Source: Octopus sinensis | Taxonomy: Eukaryota | Assembly (NCBI RefSeq): GCF_006345805.1 | Contig: NC_043005.1 | Span: forward strand, 15,190,001 to 15,254,000 | Length of the DNA: 64,000 nucleotides | Reading direction: 5' to 3' | Shown here: piece after piece, positions 54,645-64,000 of the stretch | Position numbering within the stretch: position 1 is the first letter of the stretch | Layout of the letters: every line of letters starts with the position of its first letter | Program-made: the position numbers and the translations under genes | Notes under the pieces: model-generated | What the model was told of the DNA's origin: nothing | The model's database searches: none | What the model saw: the letters and a program-made list of their open reading frames with translations, nothing else

Positions 54645-55270
54645 AGTAAGTCTTATTTGTGTGCCTTGAGAAGATGCAGTGTTTTGTTTTCATTTTGTTT
54701 TCTATTGTATTGGAAGTGTTTCTACAAAATATGTCTGTGTTGCTATTTCTGTATGATGTGTATATGTTTGATTCTCTAGAGTTTTGGTTATGTATTATTA
54801 TAGGAATTGTTTCTGTTTCCAATCACCATACTTTAGTTATCTCTATTTCCAAATCATTATATTTGGATAATTGCTCTATTTCTTTTAGTGATACATTATC
54901 ATCTCTTGAGACCCATCGGAGTACTTACTTTATGTTGCTTATAATCCTTGAAAACAATATCCAGTTAATTATACTTGATTCTCCTGTCTGTGGGGATTGG
55001 CATATCCTAGACTATAGCTGTTTTGTTACTCTCTGAGACCTTTTATGGTGCCTGTTTTTATATCAGCACTTTTCTGGTGATATTTTATAATTTTGATATA
55101 ATTTTCCATGTATGGAAACCCCCAACTCTGTCATACAAGTTGATGTATTCTCTTGACTAGAACTGGTTGTTTCTTTTCAACCTCCACATAATTACTTAGT
55201 TATTATTATATATGCCAGACTTGTTTGTTCATCTTTTGGCAGACATCTATTGTAACTGGTAACAGATTGA
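54645..55270 (-). pseudogene. decayed R4/Dong-like (RLE-type) non-LTR retrotransposon 3' end
   Basis: Across stops and frameshifts it reads REYINLYDRVG..DMPIPTDRRIKYN*LDIV.. and DDNVSLKEIEQLSKYNDLEIEITKVW*LETETIPIII, typical of the region after the zinc knuckle and the restriction-like endonuclease domain. Confidence 0.75.
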
Positions 55271-56454
55271 GACCATTATCAGTAGTGTTAGCTGAGAAAT
55301 GCTGCTGCTGCTACTAAAGAAGGATCTGAACAAGGAGGACATCATTGACAGTTCCTTCCTCTATAACTCTGCTAAAAGTAAAATTTAAGGTTTCAGGGAA
55401 AATGCTCATGAGGTTAGTGGTTATCAAAAGTAGGGAAGCTGAAGGTTCACAAACCCAGGTAATTCCTGACAGATTTATCCAAGAGAGCTTGCATCTCATA
55501 TCTTTAGTAGGGTGATCATCATTATGTGGCAGTGGTCTTCAGCACTTGGTTGTTTTCAGAGGCTGGAATACATCAATGTACAGTGGCATTTGCTAGGTAG
55601 TCTGACTAAAAAGACCATTGGTCAGAGCTAGTTCAGGTTACACACTCTGTCTGTCAAAAGCACTCTCTTATTACTCCAGTATGTTTTCAAGTACTGAAAT
55701 TGAGCTACTGAAGGGATTACATGGTAGTCTTAAAGCATGCATTATTTACCAGGATCAGTTAATGGCCTGCAACTTGGCACCTAGAGATAAAATGAAAGTA
55801 CCAGTCATGTACTGGGGTTGATAGCATTGACTAACTCTCCCCTCTTCAAAATTACTGGCCCCGTGCCTAAATCAGAGGCCATCACTATTATTATGTTGTT
55901 GCTATTATCAGACAAACTGTTTAATTTTACAATCATTTACAAAATATCTTCATCCAAGTTTCTTTAAAAGTTGGTTGGGTTTTTTTCCTTTTCTTTTTCA
56001 CCTTCTATTTCCTTTACTTCCCAAACTTAAACCCACTCCACCTCTCCATTATATATCATCGTATTTTTGCCAGTGACTCACCTGATTTTCTTATTTTCTA
56101 CTAATGAGAAAGCTTGAGAGAAACAAACAAACAAATTACTTATATTTGGGTATGATGACATGGGTTGCGCTTGATTTATAGTTTTTGTGTTGTATTTCTT
56201 TTAGCTTTATTGAACTTAGATTCTGCACATGACTTACTTCATGTAGCTATCAAGAAAAACACACCCCTGGCACTTGAGTTGAATGATACTTGTTTATTTT
56301 ATCAATCAAGTTTGAATGACAAAGCCAACCCTTGCAGGATTTCAACTTAGGTAATAGCTAGTGTAACTAAACCACTTCAAAGCTTTTTGTCAGACATTCT
56401 TATAGTTTCTGCCATTTATTACCCTGCATTTTTGTAAATTGTAATCTCAAACAG

Positions 56455-57006
56455 GAGCTGGTATGGCTATGTAGTTAGCAAATTTGCTATTCAACCATGT
56501 GGTTCTGGGTTTGATCTCACTTTGTGTCACCTTGGGCAAATATGTTTTACAGTAGTCTTGACTTAACCAGAGCTACCATGTGAGTGGAATTTGCTTGATA
56601 AAAGCTGAGAGAAGCTTGTCATTTTGTGAGTGAGTGTGTGTGTGCATGTGCGCACACATCCGTTCATATTTCCAAGGTTATAAACTGGTGTGTTGAGCTG
56701 TGTCTATGTCTAAGAGTAACTTGGCAATTTAAAAGACATCGATAAAATCTTTATAATGCTATATATAATATTAAACACTACCATTTGAGCGTGGCTGTTG
56801 CCAGTACTGCCTGATTGGCCCTTGTGCTGGTGGCACGTAAAAGTGCCCACTACACTCTCAGAGTGGTTGGCATTAGGAAGAGCATCCAGCCATAGAAACT
56901 CTGCCAGATCAAGATTGGAGCCTGGTGCAGCTATCTGGTTCGCCAGTCCTCAGTCAAATTGTCCAACCCATGCAAGCATGGAAAGCGGACGTTGAACGAT
57001 GATGAT
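56455..57006 (+). mobile_element. diverged SINE B head/body followed by family C tail
   Basis: caccttgggcaaat at ~56530; C segment 56790-57006 ending gaacgatgatgat. Confidence 0.7.
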
Positions 57007-57109
57007 AATACACTAATCAGGGGTGACTCAACAACAACATGGGGTTCCTCTGTTGGTTTCAAAGACAAGTATTTGGTTGTTTGATCAAATAATCTACTTG
57101 CTATATAGT

Positions 57110-57250
57110 GATTTTAAATTTTGGCACAAGGCCAGCAATTTTTTTTGTGGGCGGGGAGGTAAGTCAATTACATCAACCCCAGTGCTTATTTTATCGACCC
57201 TAAAAGGATGAAAGGCAGAATCAACCTTGGTGGAATTTGAACTTGCAGTG
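57110..57250 (-). mobile_element. SINE family A, truncated
   Basis: ggcacaaggccagc tail 2 and aaggatgaaaggc..ggaatttgaac. Confidence 0.7.
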
Positions 57251-57598
57251 TACCTATTATGTAATAGCATGTAATAGTATTATAATGTAATTGGTTATTC
57301 CACAGGCACTTACCACAATGTGTGACAATGGTGGCCTTCTGAATTACTGATGTGTGTGTGTGTGTGTGTATGGATTTAGTGTTGGCTGTTAGATGAATGA
57401 GTACCCAATACCTTAGTACCTTAGTAGAGATTAATATTTTCTATTTTGTTTGAGTCAGTCTCTTGCTACACTGGTGTTTGCATGTGCTCAGAGGATCATC
57501 AGGCAAATTATGAGTCATAAATTATTTGATGACTTTCTGAGCATGCTGATGGAACTCCAGAGTAGCAAGAGGCTGACTCAAACAATATATACATATAC

Positions 57599-57629
<31 letters not shown>

Positions 57630-58386
57630 ATACATATATATATATATACATATATATAATTTAACTTCTATACAAACTTTTACTCTTTATAAACTTCCAT
57701 GGCTGGTTACTGAAAAATTTATCCACTTTGTATGGATATCGTATCCAATCTCTGCTGTTTTTGCATTTGAAAATAAATTTTTACCTTATTTGTATCTTGC
57801 AATACACATTTCTATGCTTCTGAAAACAAACATTAGTTTGTTTACATTTCTCGTAATAAAATTCTCTAATTTGTTTTAATTTCTATTTTCAGTCAAGCAT
57901 TGTGTTGTAAAATGGCACGAGAATATGACACTTTCATGGAATCCAAAAAGAGGTTTGTTTTATTTCCATCTTAATTCTTTATTTCATTTGTTCGTTTTTA
58001 TGTCTGTTTTTTCCATGCTAGTATGGGTTAGATGAATGCATTATTGAAGCATTGTTTCACAGAAAGCCCCCTTTAAATTTTTATATTGTAACTATTATTA
58101 TTACTGTTATTGTTGATTGTTGTCATGGTTTCACCTTAGACCAGCTTTGATCAAGCTAACCCATAATCAAAGTTATTCCATCCAGTCATGACCACCCTAT
58201 CTCTCTGTATATCAAGGACTACATTGTCCAATGTATCTCTCTTTTTTCATTTAAAGACAGTAGATTTGGTAGCTATTTTTAACTGGTTGAGTGACTATGT
58301 TGGGGCTCCTTCATTGAATATGTATGTTTTCTTGTTGTTGCTGGGTAAATCAAGGAAGTAGAATTTAATGCCTTGTGTGGATTTTT

Positions 58387-58426
<40 letters not shown>

Positions 58427-58818
58427 ATTATGGAAGTAAAAAGTATACATAGTTATTACTTGCAAATGAATGTGACATGATAGCATGCTCCAAGCTTTCT
58501 GTAATTCTTGTAGATGCCTACGTGGTTGGAAGTAGATATAGCACCCACTTAGACCTCTTATCTCTCGACACATGGAGCATTGAGGTTGTGATGGTTGGAG
58601 AGGGAAAGAGCTGGACCCAGTACTGGGTACTCAATTATAGCTAAGTAGACTGGAACAACATGTCTTGCTAAATGGCACAACATGCCACCCGCTTCAGAAA
58701 TTGAACTCACAACCTTATGGTCATGAGCCCAACACTCTAACAAAAAGCCCTACATGAGAATTCTATATTGGACGCATTGATTGTTATCTTCAAAAGACAA
58801 AATCAATTTTAAAACTAG

Positions 58819-59339
58819 CACCTGGCCTCATCTGGCACCTGTGTCGGTGGCACATAAAAAACACAATCCGAGCGTGGCCGTCTGCCAGCCTCGTCTGGCA
58901 CCTGTGTCGGTGGCACATAAAAAACACCATCCGAGCGTGGCCGTCTGCCAGCCTCGTCTGGCACCTGTGTCAGTGGCACATAAAAAAACACCATCCGAGC
59001 GTGGCCGTTCGCCAGCCTCGTCTGGCACCTGTGTCGGTGGCACATAAAAAAACACCATCCGAGCGTGGCCGTTCGCCAGCCTCGTCTAGCACCTGTGTCG
59101 GTGGCACATAAAAAAACACCATCCGAGCATGGCCGTTCGCCAGCCTCGTCTGGCACCTGTGTCGGTGGCACATAAAATCACCCACTACACTCTCGGAGTG
59201 GTTGGCGTGAGGAAGGGCATCCAGCTGTAGAAACACTGCCAGATCTGACTGGTCTGGTGCAGCCTTCGGGCTTCCCAGACCCCAGTTGAACCGTCCAACC
59301 CATGCTAGCATGGAAAGCGGACGTTAAACGATGATGATG
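58819..59339 (+). mobile_element. family C retroposon with 63-64-bp tandem array
   Basis: Units start at 58834, 58897, 58960, 59024, 59088 and 59152 (partial), followed by an intact C tail ending gatgatgatg. Confidence 0.9.
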
Positions 59340-60870
59340 TTCAGGCTATGTAAAAAGTCCATGCATTATTGCAAAACTTGCATCCATTGTACGATTAAAT
59401 GAACGCCACTGAATATTTGCAGCAGAGTTGCGAAAGGTAGAAAAAAAAAGTGAAAAGAAGAAAATGGCTGTGTTGTCTATCAAGATAATCAATTATACCT
59501 CACTTGCTATTATAGGCATTTGTAGGTGTGTGTATATATACAAACACACATGACATGCATACACATAAGAGAAAATAAGCGAGCATGAATGACAAACGTC
59601 CACCCAATGGTTTTCCTTGTTTGGTTAGTGTTAAGAAGTTTAAGCTTTGCCTTCTATTGACATGGTTGTTCTTGTTTTAAGTTGCTTGTTGTTTGATCCA
59701 TTATTATTACCACTGCTACCACTACCAACAACAACAGCAACAACAACACCTAATACCATTAAATATTGTCTTAAAGGAATATGTTCTTTATTTTCATTTT
59801 TTTTTCTTCTCTTTAATCACTAAATGTCAACGTTATAAGAGCAAGGAGTAAGCTGTGAGTGAACTGTGTTCATAATCCAGTTTTAATTCTTCATTAGCTT
59901 ACCCATAGTTTGTATATGCTGTCTTTGATCTGTGAAATGGAAGGAATGTGTGAATATTGGTTGGATTAATCAGGAATTTGTTAGAGTGAAGATTTGGTCT
60001 CTGGTCAAGGATAACTTGCTTTCTAAATGTTGCTACTTCCTACGAAAGCTACTTGTGGGTTGTAGTCTTCTTCCACACTCACACCCCTCATACTACTCCC
60101 CACTACTGTAACCCATGGATTTTGGTTTTCTTTCATGCATTGCCCCTACCAAACCCCAGGAGTCTCAGAGGGCATGAGGAATGTTATATGTACTACCCCA
60201 AGTTTCATAACTTAGACAGTGTGGAGAAAACACAAAGAAAAACACCATGAGTGTGTGTGTAATATAAATATCCTTTTTAATTAATTTATTAGTCAAAGGC
60301 ATGAGGGTAGTGCCCAACGACCCTTTTCTGGGCCTGGTGTGAGGAAGGAGGGAAAGATGTTATCCGCAGAACAGAAACCTGGCTTGCAGGCTTGTAACTG
60401 TGAAGGACTTCATTTAATAGAATCCAGGGCCAGATGGTGATGTCAAACCAGATAACAGGTTTTATATCCCCACCCAAAAGTGCAAATGATCCCCCTAACA
60501 AACTTCCTTAATTTCAGCTAACAAATGTCACTCTCAAGGCTTTGGTCTACCCAAGGCTGTAAGACCTTTCCCTGAGTCAGTGTGCCCTGGGATTGAACCT
60601 AAAACAACGTAGATGTAAAGCAAACTTCTGAACCACACGGTCATGTCTGCATACAAGGATATTAGATTCAGAGGAAGTGTGTGAGGGGCACTAAAGATAT
60701 GAGATTGTGTGATGTTCATAACTTTCTCACGCCCATTAACTACAGAGATAAATGGGAAAGAAGTCCCCGTCAGCAAATGAAATTAAAATACCTGGTCATT
60801 GACTTAGGTTTAATTCCTAACAATAGTTTCATTTCATCTGAAACTACAGTTGTTGTGTGTGTGTGTGTGC

Positions 60871-60927
<57 letters not shown>

Positions 60928-61224
60928 TTTATTTGTTTCAGGATGTGAAGATTAGTAGAGGAAGATAGCGAGGGGGGGTGAAAGACTTTTAAGAAAGACA
61001 AGTAGTTAACGAGGATAATATAAGGACCTTGAATGAAAAAGATAGAAACCATAGAATAGAGGGAAGGAGGAGAAAGAAGAGGAGAGAGAAATAGATAATG
61101 AGAGAGAGAGAGGGAGAGCGAGAGAGAGAGAGAGGGGTATATAAGCAAAAAATGCAGGTTCTATTAGAGATGAATTTCTTCTAGATGCATTATGATTTAA
61201 CAACAGTTAATTGGTAACATCAAC

Positions 61225-61270
<46 letters not shown>

Positions 61271-61494
61271 TTACTTTCCCAGCTGTGAAACATTCCAATG
61301 CTATGTTGTTGTTTTTTTGACAGGCGCAACAATTATGATACATATACATGTGTTCACTCACACATGCAAATGATGCATGTGTTTAAGTGCCCAGCTGTGA
61401 AATATTCAGATTTTGTTATGTTTGGACTATGGTGAAGTTGAAGATAGAGGCTGTAGTATATAAATATATATGTGTGTTTGTGTGTGTGTGTGAT

Positions 61495-61531
<37 letters not shown>

Positions 61532-61628
61532 TGACTCACTCACACACGGACATACACACGCACACATATCTATATCTATCACATATATGTGTGTGTGTGT
61601 ATGTATGTATGTATATATATATATATAT

Positions 61629-62250
61629 AGGTGCAGGAGTGGCTGTGTGGTATGTAGCTTGCTTATCAATCACATGGTCCCAGGTTCAGTCCCACTGTGT
61701 GGCACCTTTGGCAAGTGTCTTCTACTATAGCCTCGGGCTATAGCCTTGTGAGTGGATTTGGTAGATGGAAACTGGAAGAAGCCTGTTGTATATGTATATA
61801 TATATATTTATGTGTGTGTTTATGTTTGTGTGTCTGTCTGTCCCCCCCTTCCCCAGCATTACTTGACAACAGATACTGGGACAAGGCCTGGCCCTTTAAA
61901 TTCAAGTACAGTTACCCTGCCAAGCTTCCACACATTTTCTTTCTATTCAGTTTCATTCATAAAGCTTGGGTTGGTCTAAGCAGGGCTGTCTTGACGTATG
62001 GGCATACTGGGCAGTTGGCCTGGGACCTCATGGGTTTTGGGGCCCAGTTCTGATCTATTTATATTGTGGCTTGCTGTAAAAAAAAAAAAAATTATTGGGC
62101 CTAGTGCACTGATTTGCTTGGGGGCTCATAAACTTGCTAAGATGACCCTGAACTATAGCTATGGTGAAAGAGACTTGGTCAAAGTGCCAAATAGTGGACT
62201 TGAACCCTGGATGTTGTGATAGCAAACCATATTTTGTAACCACTTGGCCA
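61629..62250. mobile_element. SINE B (+, 61629-61875) and B head (-, ~62100-62250)
   Basis: aggtgcaggagtggctgtgtgg head on +; ctatagc..ggacttgaaccc..accac on the opposite strand. Confidence 0.7.
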
Positions 62251-63370
62251 TACCTGATGATTAAGGTGATGGTCACACACACACACACGCACACGCACAC
62301 ACACACACACGCACACGCACACACACATACACATGTCTATGCATATGTATACATGTATGGAACATGGACGTTAAATGATGATATGTGTGTGTGTGTATAT
62401 ATATATATATATGTGTGTGTGTGTATATATGTGTGTGTGTGTATATATGTCTGTGTGTGTGTATCTTTGAGTGTTTATGCTTGTCTGTGCATGTGTGTGT
62501 GTGTGTGTGTGTGTGTATTAATATACAAACACAAACATGTACAAACTAAAAGGACAGCAAATTTTTTTCCCAGATCTGATTTGATCAGAAACTAAAGACA
62601 GTAAAAAAAAAAAGAAAAAAAAGAGAAAAAGAAAAAAAAAAACTTCCCTATCAGTAACCATTCCTCTCATCCACCCCTCCTACACTTCACCTCACTGCAC
62701 CTCTACCCTGATTCCATAAATATTATCTCTGGTTGAAGTATGGCAGGGTTAGGGTTGGAATGAACTAACCATTTTGCACCTCTTGTTTCACTGCACTTGT
62801 TGTTGTTGTTGTTGTTTGTTGTTTTAATTTATCCCCCACCATTCCCACCCACCCACCCACCCACCCTGTACCTTTATAGCTTCTACATGGATGGGTTTCT
62901 CTTTCCTTTTTTTTTCCTTTGTTTTTTTTTTTGTTTTTTTTCTGTAAAGTCTTTTCTACCCCAGTTTACCCTCTCCTCGTCCTCCTCCTCCCCCCTCCTC
63001 CCAACAACCACTCACTGTACCGTACACACACCCAGTTCTCCATCAGCAAACCAACCAACCAACCACCCAACCAGCCAGCCAACCAGCCAACCGTTAGATG
63101 CACTCTTTATTTTTCTCACACTTGAGGGTTTTTTGCTTCTTGAGATTTCGACCAAACAGAGATTCTCAAGGAATAAAGTCTGCTAGAAGGAGGAAGAAAA
63201 TGAGATCAAGCTGATGTTGACGGTGGCACTTGGTTACCGCTGCCTTCGCTACTGCTGGTGCCGGCACTGCTACTGCTGTTCTTGTTTTTTCTGTGGTGAT
63301 GATGATGATGGCAGTGGTGTTGAGTAAGCTGATGAACAAAGGCATTCCAACCATGACCAGCCTGTCTTTT

Positions 63371-63595
63371 AGTTCTATTATTTAAGAGATGAGGAATTAT
63401 GTACATTATTTACATTCAACAGATACTTGTCCTCATCTTGTTTGTTGTTAACACAACATTTCGGCGGATATACCCCTCCAGCCTTCTTCAGCCCACGGGC
63501 ATATGGCGTAGAGGTTAAGAGCACAGGCTACTAACCCCAAGATTCCGAGTTCAATTCCAAGCAGTGACCTGAACAATAACAAGAATAACAACAAC

Positions 63596-63629
<34 letters not shown>

Positions 63630-63785
63630 TAACAACAACAACATCGAAAAATACCTTAGGAATGAGTACCTAGGTTCGAAATTTCCGCAAGGCACCTGAA
63701 GAAGGCTGGAGTGTATATTAGCTGAAATGTTGTGTTAACAACAAACAAGATGAAGACAAATATCCGTAGAATGTAAATAATGTAC
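63371..63785 (+). mobile_element. tRNA-headed SINE with Penelope-like (pLTR/hammerhead) tail and 5' inverted tail copy
   Basis: Inverted arms 63401-63491 / 63696-63785. tRNA-like head ~63495-63570 (A box TGGCGTAGAGG, B box GAGTTCAATTCC), then (AAT/AAC)n and a hammerhead-like core. It interrupts a family E repeat, with degenerate duplication cctgtctttt (63361-70) / cccgtctttg (63788-97). Confidence 0.8.
63691..63736 (+). ncRNA. minimal type I hammerhead ribozyme motif (probably decayed)
   Basis: ggcac-CTGAAGA-aggctgg..ttagct-GAAA-tgtt-gtgtt. Stem I is ggcac/gtgtt and stem II is ggctgg/ttagct (ccgcc in the inverted copy). GAAATGTT looks like a CpG-decayed palindromic GAAACGTT. Confidence 0.6.
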
Positions 63786-64000
63786 GTCCCGTCTTTGTTT
63801 TAAAGACATTTAGAATTGTACTATCCTCTGTGTCATTTTTTTTTTTTAAAGTAATTTGATTGAAGTCACTCTGCTGCTATTTTTAACAGATCTTGTAACC
63901 ACATAGATGCGCCTTCGTTGGTGTGTTGCTGTTGATCTTGCTAATGTAAATACCATGAGAGTATATCCATACCCTTTATTTATGTAAATACACACATTTA

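Noticed and set aside
58834-59177. CRISPR-like array
   Set aside because: The units are contiguous near-identical repeats with no unique spacers, inside a eukaryotic retroposon.
58781-59311. Repetitive ORFs (VPPTQVPDEAG..) and similar ORFs at 26.2-26.6 kb
   Set aside because: They are read-through of family C repeat units in several overlapping frames.
63495-63570. Functional tRNA gene
   Set aside because: It has A/B boxes but no proper acceptor stem or T-run terminator and continues into a SINE body.

Overview
AT-rich, microsatellite-dense eukaryotic DNA. The repeat content resembles Octopus (coleoid cephalopod), an identification I infer from the SINE families rather than from a search. 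No long protein-coding ORF is present; nearly all ORF-track entries are (TA)n/(CA)n/(CT)n or repeat read-through. The window is dominated by several tRNA-derived SINE families (my labels A, B, C/D, F), an unclassified old repeat (E), hAT, piggyBac and Mutator-type MITEs with clean TSDs, and decayed R4/Dong-like LINE 3' ends. CpG is retained up to about 7.5 kb and depleted beyond it, which suggests a methylated gene body. A few tiny candidate exons on the + strand chain in frame (low confidence, gene unidentified). The most unusual element is at 63371-63785: a tRNA-headed SINE whose tail carries a Penelope-type minimal hammerhead ribozyme and is preceded by an inverted copy of that tail.
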